64,000 nucleotides of DNA from Octopus vulgaris (GCA_951406725.2 OX597832.1:4402001-4466000), one strand, 5' to 3'. Positions 13,928-24,960 are shown, counted from the stretch's first letter. The notes: a model not told the origin generated them from the letters alone. Numbers and translations are program-made.

Positions 13928-14085
13928 GGCACAGGCATGGCTGTATGGCTAAGAAGCTCACTTTGTAACTATACTGTTTAGGGTTCAATCCCACTGTGCA
14001 GCAAGTGTTTTCAACTATAGCCTTTGGCTAACCAAAGCCTTGTGAGTGAATTTGGAGACTAGAAAGTGTGTGGAAGCCTGTTGTA
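13928..14085 (+). mobile_element. tRNA-derived SINE family A, 5' part
   Basis: GGCACAGGCATGGCTGTATGGCTAAGAAG...GGGTTCAATCCC...CCAAAGCCTTGTGAGTGAATTTGG. Confidence 0.8.
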
Positions 14086-14146
14086 TAACATATATATGAA
14101 ATTAATTTGACCAGCAGTTTGCAATGCTTCATCAAAAAAGAGAATA

Positions 14147-14259
14147 ACAAATGTCACAAAATGTGACTAGGGTGTTAGAAAACACACTACATTGCTGGAA
14201 ATAAGAGCTAAGCAATGTAGGTGTTTTCTAACACCCTAGTTACATTTAGTGACATTTGT
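14147..14259. repeat. Near-perfect hairpin, 50/49-nt arms with a 14-nt loop
   Basis: 14147-14196 is the reverse complement of 14211-14259 except for one mismatch, one G.U and a 1-nt bulge. Confidence 0.95.
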
Positions 14260-14311
14260 GTGTGTGTGTGTATTAATTTAAGTGTACATTATTAAATATC
14301 CATTACAGCCT

Positions 14312-14373
14312 ATCTTACCAGTGGGTTTCACATTGTGGATTCCATGTTATGTAACCCTGCACTCTTCAGAGAT
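14312..14373 (-). ncRNA. Type I minimal hammerhead ribozyme motif
   Basis: Minus strand reads ATCT-CTGAAGA-GTG(27 nt)TGT-GAAA-CC(CACT)GG-TA-AGAT: stem I ATCT/AGAT, core CUGANGA and GAAA, short stem III, GUA cleavage triplet. Confidence 0.7.
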
Positions 14374-14478
14374 GGTAGTTATGGAAGAAACTATGGCAAC
14401 TGCTCTCTACTGTTGGAGTTGAGAAGACACATCTGGTTTGTGGTTGCTGTGAGAAAGGCAATGAAACAAAACAAGCAT

Positions 14479-14682
14479 GGGTTCAGTTAAGAGTTATGTC
14501 CCTTAGCACCAAAAACCTATCTTCGGGGCTGTTGCAAGGTGATAAGTTTTCTGGAAATGTGTGTGTGTGTTCTGGGGTTGTACTCACACATTTCCCATAC
14601 ACACATTCCAGAAAACTTGTCGCCTTGCAACATTCCCAGAGGCAGGCTTTTGTGCTAAGGGACATAACTCTTGACTTAACCC
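14479..14682. mobile_element. Fold-back (MITE-like) element with arms of about 84 nt
   Basis: GGGTTCAGTTAAGAGTTATGTCCCTTAGCAC...GTTGCAAGGTGATAAGTTTTCTGGAAATGTGTGT (14479-14564) is the imperfect reverse complement of 14599-14682. Confidence 0.85.
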
Positions 14683-14828
14683 AATTGTTTAGATGTGAAC
14701 ACAACACATCATTATCAGTTAACAATGAGGTCTTGTAACTCCTTTGATGATAGTCACGGGATTGCACTATTTGAATTGATTAACAAGAATTAATAAAAAC
14801 AAAAAAAAAGCATATTTATTGAGAGATA

Positions 14829-15220
14829 GGTGCAGGCGTGGCTGTGTGGTAAGAAGTTTGCTTCCCAACCATATGATTCCTGGTTCAGTCCTACTACATG
14901 ACATCTTGGGCAAATGTCTTCTACTTTAGCCTCAGGCCAACCAAAGCCTTGTGAGTGGATTTGGTAGATGGAAAGTGAAAGCTCGTTGTGTGTGTGTGTG
15001 TGTGTGTGTGTCTTTATGTTTGCATTTGTCCTCCCCACCACTGCTTGATAACCAGTGTTGGTGTTTATGTCCCTGTAGCTTAGCAGTTCAGCAAAAGAGA
15101 CCAATAGAATAAGTACAAGGCTTTAAAAAAGTAAGTCTTGGGGTTGAATCATTTGATTCAAAATTTTTCAAGGCAGTACCCCAGCATGGCCACAGTCTAA
15201 TGATTGAAACCACCAAAAGT
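14829..15220 (+). mobile_element. tRNA-derived SINE family A, full length
   Basis: Head GGTGCAGGCGTGGCTGTGTGGTAAGAAG...GGTTCAGTCC, internal (TG)n, tail CCAGCATGGCCACAGTC...TGAAAC. Confidence 0.88.
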
Positions 15221-15879
15221 TAGAACAAAATCAGTTTTGCTTTTGTAGGAGAAAATGATCAAGTAAACATTTTGTTTTGACTGTGTGCTATCAATATTGT
15301 TTATAATGTGTTGCCTATAAATATAAACAAGTGATATTTTCAAATCGCTTGTACTGTTATATTTATTCTTCCTTTGTTTTATTTTATTAAAAATTGATTG
15401 TAAACAGTTAAAAGGGAAAAAAAATCATCTTCCTTCTATGAAAAACCCAAATATTTTGCTCATATCTGTATATTAAGCATTATTAAACTTTTACTTTAAT
15501 CTGTTATATAAAATCCATTCTGTCTGTCTGTATGTGTGTCTTCTAGGATCTTGGGCATCCTCCATCTGATTGCACTCAAATTTGATATGTAGATACCAAT
15601 GGTATCAGTGCGTGTTTAAGTCTTGAAAAAATTACAAAAATCGATTCCAGGTGAGAATGCAATTGATAAAGCATTCTTTGGAATAGAAAAAAAGTCTATC
15701 TTTATTTCTTCTTTTGCTGGTGTCTCAAATTTAGGTTAAATCAGTGTTTCTCAAAGGGGAGGCCTATGGGACAGTGAGAAAATTTGGTTTAAATGTTTGA
15801 CAACTCAGCACCGTCCAATTGGATGGGGGGGGGCACTTTGCTCATATTTAATATTGCATATTGATTTTGTTTTTAAATT

Positions 15880-16040
15880 TTGGCACAAGGTCAGCAATTT
15901 CAGGGCTTATTTTACCAACTCCAAAAGGATGAAAGGCAAAGTCAACCCTGGTGGAATATGAACTCAGAACGTAAGGACAGACAAAATGCTGCTAAGCATT
16001 TTGCCAAGCGCAGTAATGATTCTTACAGCTCACCACCTCT
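15880..16040 (-). mobile_element. tRNA-derived SINE family B
   Basis: Reverse complement of the family B head and core (GTTCTGAGTTCA...GACTTTGCCTTTCATCCTTT). Confidence 0.8.
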
Positions 16041-16059
16041 ATTGCATATTAATATTATT

Positions 16060-16275
16060 AGTAGCAAGCTGGCAGAATTGTTACTGTACTAGAGAAAGTG
16101 CTTAACTGCATTTCTTACAACTTTGTTCTGAGTTCAAATGTTGCCAGGGTTGACTTTACCTTTCATCTTTTTGGGGTCAATAAAATAAGTACCAGTTGAA
16201 CATTGGGGGGTTGATGGAACTGACTTACCCCAACCCCTGAAATTGCTGGTTTTGTGTCAAAATTTAAAACCAATA
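16060..16275 (+). mobile_element. tRNA-derived SINE family B
   Basis: AAGCTGGCAGAATTGTTA...TTCTGAGTTCAAAT...GACTTTACCTTTCATC...GGGGTCAATAAAATAAGTACCAGT. Confidence 0.82.
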
Positions 16276-16559
16276 TTAACTTGATACAAATGGTTGGGAA
16301 ATATAAAATATGTGATGCTAGAGAAACTTGTAAATAGAATTTAATAGTCTTAAATAACTGCTCGTTCTTATTTAATTTGTATTAACCAAATTTTAAGGTT
16401 TTAATACTAAGTCACAGTTTAATACTTTGTTAAAAAAATATATTTAAAAATATCCTTAAATACCAATTAAAATATTATGTATTTATCTTTAATTCCATTG
16501 TAAACATATTTAAGAAGTAACTGGGCTAAGATGCTGCTATTATTTATTGTTCTGTTTTT

Positions 16560-17140
16560 ATTCAATTATTGTTCCATCACTTCTCTATCACCTGAGAGCA
16601 AAGTAGGCACATGCTACACCCTCCTGCTTTCCCAGTTGCCCCACCCCACCCCACAAATCACTTCCATTTCCCATTGTCTTCCCCCACTCATTGTCTCCAC
16701 CAATCACGATCTTTCTGTGCCTTCTCTCCCCAGTGTCTCGTTCTTCATCATTAACACTTAGCTTATCCATTATCATCCTCAATGTCTTCATGTATCTACC
16801 CCACAACCTCCACCTCCGAGAGTCTCTCCTATATTCCACTCCATTATTCATTACAGTCACCTGTACACTGCCCGCTCACCCAGTCCAAACCTCTGTATCA
16901 CACCTCACTTATTCTCACCACCTCCAATATCCCTCAAGGATATGTCTCAATGCATCTTCATCACCAGCACCATTGCCCTCTTTATCTTACACTCTCACTC
17001 ACTCTCCTTTGTTTTCCAACTGAGGTATCCATGTATCTACTCTACAGCAAGACTTCTATCCTTGTCCCTCGGTACCTTTAATCTCTCAACTGGCACAAAG
17101 CCACTCCACTCAATACTACTATCCTTCTCCCAGTTAGTGC
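16560..17140 (+). repeat. Unclassified C/T-rich interspersed repeat, related to an inverted copy at about 29040-29660
   Basis: Shared segment (A/G)TGTATCT.CTCTA.AGCAA at about 17031 (+) and 29188 (-), and similar pyrimidine-rich composition. Confidence 0.45.
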
Positions 17141-17544
17141 TGTTGCCACATAAAAAAGCAGCCAGTACACATTGTAAAGTGGTTGGCATTAGTAAGAACA
17201 TTCAACCATAGAAACCATGTCAAATAGACAATGGGATTAGGTTCGGTTCCTGGCCTTACCAGCTTCTGTCAACCCATGCCAGTATGGAAAATAGATGTTA
17301 AATGATGATGATGATGATGATGAAATAAGGTTTTGTTTTTTTCATGTGGGTGCATAAATAATGTTTAAGAAGCTGAAAGTGACTACTAACTAGGACACAT
17401 TAGAAAGTATTGAGAAGGAGAAATTACAGAGGCTTCAACTAGACAGTTCAGGTCATAAAATAGCTGAGAGTTTGAACAAAGCCTAGGGGAGGGTTATCTT
17501 GGATAAATGAAGGTCAGGCTTATGTTAAGATTTATCTTAGATCT

Positions 17545-17927
17545 TTTATCTTTCACTTGTTTCAGTCATTGGACTGTGCTGGGTCACCACCTTGAAGGGT
17601 TTAGTCAAACAAACTGACCCCAGTATTTCTTTTTTTTTCTTTTTTTTTTAAAGTCTGGCACTTATTCTATCAATCTCTTTTACTAAACTGCTAAGTAAAG
17701 GTAACATAAACAAACCAACAACGTGTCAACTAGTGAGAGAGAACAGATACAAGCACCACACACACATGATGGGCTTCTACACAGTTTCCATCTACCAAAT
17801 TCACTCACAAGGTACTGGAGGACACAGGGTTACAGTAGGAGACACTTGCCTAAGTTGCTGCACAGTAGGACTGAACCCAAAATAATGTGGTTGCAAAGCA
17901 AACCTCTTAACCACAGAGCCATACCAA
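17545..17927 (-). mobile_element. tRNA-derived SINE family A
   Basis: Reverse complement of the family A head (...AACCACAGAGCCATACC) and tail (TTGTTTCAGTCATTGGACTGTG). Confidence 0.85.
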
Positions 17928-18655
17928 GCATTTTTTTTTTAAAATTCAATCTAATACATTACATCATTCCTATTCTAATTTCTCTGCCTTAGTCAAGTCT
18001 CCTTTGTAATCCACACTGAGCTTTTAAAATTTTTTTTATTATGACTGACAGTTTTGTCTGACTTAGTTAATCTTCTAATAGGCTGTTTTGGGTTTCTTTC
18101 AATTAAGCTCATTATGATTAAAGTAGCACACACTCATTTCTCAAATCTCTTAACATCTTAGCAAAGATTTCTTGTCATAATCTCTCCCTTCTGTTTTCTT
18201 TTTTTTTTACAATGCTCATATTGTTTTTCATCATTATTTTTACTTCCAGAAACTCTAATACGATCACATTTTCATTAGGTGTGCCCCAGCACAGCTGCAT
18301 ATAGGTTTAAAGAATTGTGACTATAATTCCTAATTATAGTCTATTTCAAGTTCATTATTTCCAAATAGATAATCATCAGGAGTTAATTTCTCTATGGCTT
18401 TGACATGGAACATAAAAAATAAATTTGTCTGAAATCAGTGGATAGAATTGAAGCACTCTTTGTTGGAGTTTTTTTTTTATTTGCCACTACTAATTATAAT
18501 TTATTCCTTTAGGTTTTCACATAGCAACAAAGAGTATTCTTACAATTTTCAGATAACTTTTGATAGCTTTCAATTTCTTGTTTCCTTACTACTCCTACTG
18601 CTACTGCTTCTGCTTATTATTATCATTATTATTGGTGTTGTTGTCATCATCATCA

Positions 18656-18690
<35 letters not shown>

Positions 18691-18805
18691 TATTGAATTC
18701 AAATTCCTCTGGGTTGACTTTCCCTTTCATCCTGAGTACTGGGGTCAATGTGAACAACTGTCCCCCTCCCCACAAAATCCAGGCCTTGTGCCTATAGTAG
18801 AAAGG

Positions 18806-18846
<41 letters not shown>

Positions 18847-18848
<2 letters not shown>

Positions 18849-19399
18849 GTTTGACTTTTGCTTTGTATTCGTACAAGTTGACTCCAAGTCTCACCCAGAG
18901 ACCTCAAGAGACAATAAGTTAGAAGTTCAAGTTGGTATTATGCCTAGAGTGTCAGATATTTGGTTTTGCACATAGTATTGTTCTAGAGAATGTTTAAGAA
19001 AACAAGAAAATTTTAAGTTTGTTTTAAAATTTGAGATTACATAGACAGTATTTTACGTAGGATATGGGCAGTTCCCATGAGCACTGTCTTTTGAATTTCT
19101 GCCATTTTGGGGTTTCCTGGTATCTGAATTAGGTAGGAATCAGCCCTTTTTGCTATCATTCCTAAGGCACTTATGACAACAGATTCCACTTTTTGCCAAT
19201 TTCTATTTCAAGATCTTTGTACTTGCTCAGTTTTTGGTAGGTCTTGACAGATGCATTTATCTCAATTGGGATAGTCATATCAACGAGGCAGCATGATTTT
19301 TGTCTGAAGTTTTCCAATATAGTGTCTGACCTATTCGCATCTATCTTACTGTTAGTTTGAATGGTGAAGTTCCAGAGGAGTGAGATGTGATCATTTACA

Positions 19400-19400
<1 letters not shown>
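18847..19400 (-). mobile_element. 5'-truncated R4/Dong-like non-LTR retrotransposon (REL endonuclease and 3'UTR) within (TAA)n
   Basis: Minus-strand translation LLWNFTIQTNSKIDANRSDTILEN...CCLVDMTIP...KLSKYKDLEIEIGKKW...VVISALGMI...EIQKTVLMGTAHILRKILSM*. Both ends abut (ATT)n tracts. Confidence 0.85.
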
Positions 19401-19431
<31 letters not shown>

Positions 19432-19640
19432 AACTAAGGCAACAAGCTGGCAGATTCAGTAGCACATCAGGCAAAATGCTTAGCAGCATTTCATCTGTCT
19501 TTGCATTCTGAGTTCAAATTTCGTTGAGGTTGACTTTACCTTTCATCCCTTCAGGGTCAATAATATAAGTACCAGTTGAACACTGCTCTGAAATTGCTAG
19601 CCTTGTGCAAACATTTGAAACCATTGTTATTATTATTATT

Positions 19641-20215
19641 GAGTGAGAGAGCAGAGCATGTCATCATAGTGACACTGGGATAAAATATACAAAGTCCAGT
19701 ATATCCATCATGACTACCCATCTGATAAGAATACACCAGGCACATGCATCACAACTATATGTGCATGATACAGTGATCTCATATCAAGGTAAACAGGATT
19801 GACAATATTTCAATTGTGGTTCCTAATATAATTGTCCTTGTAAGTGGGGCCCAGTTAGAATTTTCTTCAGGTCAAATAGCCCATCCTGCTCAAAAGGTCC
19901 CTGAATAAGAGTTGTTTGAGGATGTTGAACGAAACACTCACATTTCCAAAGGTGAATTATCCAAACCCCAAAGAATTCCACATGGCTATGATTGCTCCCC
20001 CACTACTTCTGCTCGTGGTCAGAGATACACATATAGTCAACCACTAAGGAACATGCTCAGCTGGTTAAAGTCAAATAACTGACAAGCAAATCTGTGGTAT
20101 TGAGCAGAATATTTGCTGTAGCCCGTCTTTTATACCAAGACAAAACAATGTACATGATAACATTTCCAATCAGTTAAGATCAGAAGCCATGAGAACCACT
20201 GCCTGGTACTGCATC
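19641..20215 (-). mobile_element. Unclassified repeat of about 575 bp ending in (TAA)n on the minus strand
   Basis: GAGTGAGAGAGCAG.GCATG.CATCA.AGTGACACTGGGATAAAATATAC also occurs at about 22353-22458 next to (ATT)n. An internal piece recurs at about 57462-57620. Confidence 0.7.
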
Positions 20216-20370
20216 ATCATCATTATCATAATTATTATTGTTGTTATTGTTGTTGTTGTTGTTGTCATTAAGGTGGCAAGCTGACAGAATCGTTATCATG
20301 CCAGGCAAAATGCTTAGCAGTATTTCATCCATCTTGAATTTCTGATTTCAAATTCCACCAAGGTTGACTA

Positions 20371-20797
20371 GGCATAGGAGTGGCTGTGTGGTAAGAAGCT
20401 TGCTTACAAACCACATGGTCCGGGTTCAGTACCACTGCGTGGCACCTTGAACAAGTGTCTTCTACTATAGTCTCAGGCCGACCAAAGCCTTGTGAGTGGA
20501 TTTGGTAGACGGAAACTGAAAGAAGCCCATCGTATATATGTATGTATATATAAATATATATATGTATGTATGTGTGTTTGTATATGTTTGCGTGTCTGTG
20601 TTTGTCCCCCCCAACATCACTTGACAACTGATGCTGGTGTGTTTATGTTCCTGTAACTTAGCGGTTCGACAAAAGAGACCGATAGAATAAGTACTAGACT
20701 TACAAAGAATAAGTCCTGGGGTCGATTTGATCGACTAAAGCGGTGCTCCAGCATGGCCACAGTCAAATGACTGAAACAAATAAAAGAGTAAAAGAGT
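20371..20797 (+). mobile_element. Young full-length SINE family A inserted into a family B copy
   Basis: CpG-retaining copy. The family B sequence stops at GGTTGACT (20369) and resumes at GCTTTTCATCTCTTCAGGG (about 20802). Confidence 0.9.
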
Positions 20798-20911
20798 AAA
20801 TGCTTTTCATCTCTTCAGGGTTGATAAATTAAATACTTGTGAGACACTGGAGTCAATGTAATTGACTAATCCTCTTCCCCAAACTTCCGACCTTGTGCCT
20901 ATAGTAAGAAG

Positions 20912-20912
<1 letters not shown>

Positions 20913-20994
<82 letters not shown>

Positions 20995-20995
20995 T
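20913..20995. repeat. (GTA)n/(GCA)n microsatellite
   Basis: Seen directly. Confidence 0.95.
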
Positions 20996-21289
20996 TGTTA
21001 TTAAGGCAGTAAGCTGGCAGAATTGTTAGGATACTGGACAAAATGCTTAGCAGCATTTTGTTCATCCTTATGTTCTGAGTTCAAATTCTGCTGAGGTCAA
21101 CTTTGCCTTTTGTTCTTTTGGGGGTGGAGTACTGAGGTCAATGCAATCAATTTCCCACCACCTCCAAAATTGCTGGCCTTTTGCCAAAATTGGAAATGAT
21201 TATTACTATTATTACTCAGTGAGTGAGGAAGTGGAACCAGTCTTTCATTGGCTTCTTGGAGGACTCAACCATGTCTGCCTTTATTGCAG

Positions 21290-21560
21290 GTGAGAAAGTT
21301 GAAGTTGCTAACTGCTTCACTTATCTCAGTAGTGAGATTCATTGTGACATTAGCTGCAAAGTCTGAAGTCCTAAAAAGACTTGAACAAGCTGGAGCAGTT
21401 GTGAACTCATTGGACAAGGGTGTTTGGTGCTGCCGATATCTTTGCAGGAAAACAAAGGTTCAGGTTTTAAGGTCTCTGGCCTTCTCTGTCTTGCTCTATT
21501 GTTGTGAGACTTGTACATTGTTTAGGGCTGTTAGGAGCTGTCTGAACTCTTTTGGTATCA
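21290..21560 (+). mobile_element. RTE-clade LINE fragment (RT C-terminal region)
   Basis: EVLKRLEQAGAVVNSLDKGVWCCRYLCRKTKVQVLRSLAFSVLLYCCETCTL matches the TK....LLYGCETW pattern. Confidence 0.8.
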
Positions 21561-22294
21561 GGAAGTTTCTTTTCCATCATCACACATTCTGCAATTACTT
21601 GTTATATTTCTTTTCATTACATGTTTTTGGTCATTTCTGGTGGGAAGGTTTTGTGCTGCAATTAAAAATCCTTCAGTCTCTGCTTTGAGTCCTGAGCTTC
21701 TCAGCCATTGTTGGGATTTTGCTTTGTCTATTTCTTTTCTGTTTAGCTTAACCCAATACTTGCCATGAAGGGGCTTTTCTTGCCATCATTTTATCATGAT
21801 TCATTGCTGTTCCAGTTTAAGTTTGGATTTCAGTTCTTGTACAGCTTTTGTTGTTTCTTCTTTTTCTCCATAATTGTTAGATACTATGACTTCTTTTTTT
21901 TATTTGTCAGCTTCCTTAAAGATTGAAAACAGTATTTTGTTTTGTTTGTGTTTTGTGGCTATTTGTATTAGTTTCCCTTGCTTCTGAAGTAGGTATTTCT
22001 GTAGTCCTTTGGTGGTTATTTTGTAATCGTTTTCTAACTGTATAATTCCTAAGTGTTTGTATGTCTGGCTTTGGTCTAATTCTCTTATTTCATTTGCTTT
22101 TTCTATTGTGATGTTGCTACTCTTAACTAGTTTCCCTCTTTTAAGGTTGCTTTGGCACAATTTTCTAAGCCAAATTTCATGTTTATTTCTTTGGTAAATC
22201 CATATACTGTCCGTAGCAATGTTTCCAGCTGTTTCTCATTTGTAGCATACAGTTTTAAATCATCCATATATAAGAAATGGCTGATTGTTTTTCC

Positions 22295-22296
<2 letters not shown>
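21560..22296 (-). mobile_element. R4/Dong-like LINE fragment (RT C-terminal part)
   Basis: Minus strand ISHFLYMDDLKLYATNEKQLETL...MKFGLENCAK...LKRGKLV...YKHLGI, and W..KPLHGKY near 21760. The 5' end abuts (ATT)n at 22297-22348. Confidence 0.8.
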
Positions 22297-22348
<52 letters not shown>

Positions 22349-22793
22349 GAGTGAGTGAGAGAGCAGTGCATGCCATCAAAGTGACACTGGGATAAAATAT
22401 ACACAGCCCAGTATACCCATCATGACTACCCATCTGATAAGAGTACACCAGGCACACAACTTTGTCTTTCATCCTTTCAGAGGTCAATTAAATAAGCACC
22501 AGTTATGCACTGGGGTCTATGTATTTGACTTAATCCCCTCACTCAAGCTGCCCTTGTGGCAAAAAATTTGAAATCATTATTATTAAGACAGTGAGCTGAC
22601 AGAATCACTAGAATGTCAGGGAAAATGCTTAGTGGCATTTCATCCATCTTTATGTTCTAAATTCAAATTCCCCGAAGGTGGACTTTGTCTTTCATCCTTT
22701 CTGGATCAGTAAGTAAGTATCAGTTGAATTAGGGTCCATGTAATCAACTTACCCCTCCTCAAAAATCGCTGGCATTTTGCCAGAATTTGAAAC

Positions 22794-22841
<48 letters not shown>

Positions 22842-23361
22842 ATAAGGCAGCAAGCTGGCAGAACAGTTAGTGCCCCAAGCAAAATGCTTAGTGGCATTTT
22901 ATCTGTCTTCACATTCTGAGTTCACTGAGGTCGTTTTACCTTTCATCTATTTAGGATCCAAAAATAAGTAGCAGTGGAGTACTGGAGTTGATGTAATCAA
23001 ATAAACCCGTCCTGAAATTGCTGGCCTTGAGCCAAAATTTGAAACTGTTATGCACTGGACATATGGAATTTCTTCAGGCCCTTTATGTTCTGAGTTCAAA
23101 TTCTAGTTGATTTTGCTTCGCATCATTTTAGAGTCAATAAAATAAGTACCAATGGAGCAGCCTTCTGCCAAAATTTAAGGCTTTGTGCCTATATTAGAAA
23201 GGATTATTATTATTATTGTTATTATTAAGGCAGCGAGCTGGCAGAATCATTAACACAATGGGCAAAATGCTTAGCAGCATGTCCCCTGCATTCTTCTTCA
23301 CCTGGCCAGGTCTGTCAAACTGTCCAACCCATGCCAGCATGGAAAACAGACGTTAAGTGAA

Positions 23362-23390
23362 GATGATGATGATGATGATGGTGATGGTGA

Positions 23391-23422
<32 letters not shown>

Positions 23423-23444
23423 ATGGTGATGGTAATGATGATGG

Positions 23445-23473
<29 letters not shown>
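23362..23473. repeat. (GAT/GGT)n microsatellite, tail of an RTE-type 3' end
   Basis: Seen directly, following CCAACCCATGCCAGCATGGAAAACAGACGTTAAG. Confidence 0.92.
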
Positions 23474-23476
<3 letters not shown>

Positions 23477-24714
23477 ATCTCCTACTATTTCAAAATAAAG
23501 AAATTCTTGAAGAGACATTGGAAAAGCAAAATGAAATCACAGACTCTGATGAGAGTGGAGAAACTTTCAATGGCAACACTGCAGAAGACTGACATAGATA
23601 ACATCAATTAAATAGACAAAGAGGAAAGTGGAGAAAAGGTAAGACAAAATTGGCGAACATAGTCAGGGAGTAGGAAAAGCTAAACTCCTCAAAGATGCTA
23701 AGAAAGAGAAAAATTAGCAAAGTACATCACAAGGAGGCTTGCTTCATTATCTGAGGAGTTTGCTAAGGATAGATGTTATATATTTCAGTTTCTTCAAAGG
23801 TAATTAAGTAGTCTTACATAAGTCACTGAGGAGGGATGTCAGCTATCAAGTTGATCTTTTGTTTAATGAGCCAGAGTTTATTTTTTTTGTATCTTAAGAG
23901 ATTCTAAAACAATATTGTTTTTAGGAAGATTTCTTGTGCTGCTTTGTTCAGAATTTTAGGAATATTTTAAAAATCTATCTTGTGAGAAAGCACCCCCCCC
24001 CCCCCCACAAAGTGTAAGACAAGTCAAAATAGATAATCTTCTAAGATAGATAGCAAACTTAAGCAGTAATTTAATAAGCCCAACTAACACCCCAACAAAA
24101 AAAAACTAACACCAAATATTTAAAAAATTGTACCACTTTAATAAATATTTTCCTTTTTTTTTCTCATTTTCTTATGCATTTTTTATAATATATTTCTTAA
24201 AACAGAAGTTCAACTTGTTAATGATTCATGTGATAGGAATTGTCTGACCTAAAACTGAAATCCTTTATGTCCGGTTCATTTGCACTACTTGATTCATGCC
24301 GTTAGTTGTTCAGTAACGTCAAAAGACATTAATCTATAAACATTATTCACAGAAGAATGATTTCTGTGTGTAGGAAGAAGAAGAAGAAGAGGAGGAGAAG
24401 AGGAAGAGGAGGAGGAGAACGAGGAGGAGGAGAGGGAAGAGGAGTTGCATAACATGCGTCATTTGTAACTAATGCGTGACAATGTGTTGACTGATGACGT
24501 TTTTAGGAGCTTTCACTAAGCTATGTGAATGACTTTGATTTACACTTACGTGACAACTCTCTCTTGCCAAGAAGTCAATATATGAATTTAAAAATAAAAC
24601 TGGGATAGCCAACAATATCTTCATTCAATACCAAATATGTCATTTCTTTCAGCACTATGACAAAAAACAATGACTTTTTTTACTCATCAACCAATGTACA
24701 ACTTGAAAATTACT

Positions 24715-24929
24715 AAATACATATATATATATATTTAGTAATTACATATGTGTGTATGTGCATGCATGCATGTGTGTGTGTGTGTGTAATATAATATAAT
24801 ATACATATATGTGTGTGTGTGTGTGTATATATGTATGTATATATATATGTATGTATGTATATATATATATGTATATGTACGTATGTATATTTATGTATGT
24901 ATGTATATATATATGTGTGTATATATATA

Positions 24930-24960
<31 letters not shown>

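Larger units (their letters stand above)
19435..23290 (+). mobile_element. Cluster of co-oriented SINE family B copies separated by (ATT)n
   Basis: Heads of type TAAGG(C/T)..C.AGCTG.CAGA at about 19436, 20269, 21002, 22584, 22843 and 23226. Partial copies at about 18690, 22460 and 23080. Confidence 0.85.

Noticed and set aside
18448-18922. Poly-Ile, poly-Leu and poly-Asn ORFs
   Set aside because: (ATT)n microsatellites.
19700-20215. Short U2 snRNA-like words (TCTTATCAG, CCTGGTA.TGCA)
   Set aside because: They lie on opposite strands and are too short, with no U2 structure.
19435-23290. Regularly recurring repeats as a CRISPR-like array
   Set aside because: Units are diverged tRNA-derived SINEs of about 200 nt with irregular spacing in a eukaryotic context, and no cas genes are present.
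23315-23611. Poly-His and poly-Met ORFs
   Set aside because: (GAT)n tail of a retroposon, with no splice or gene context.
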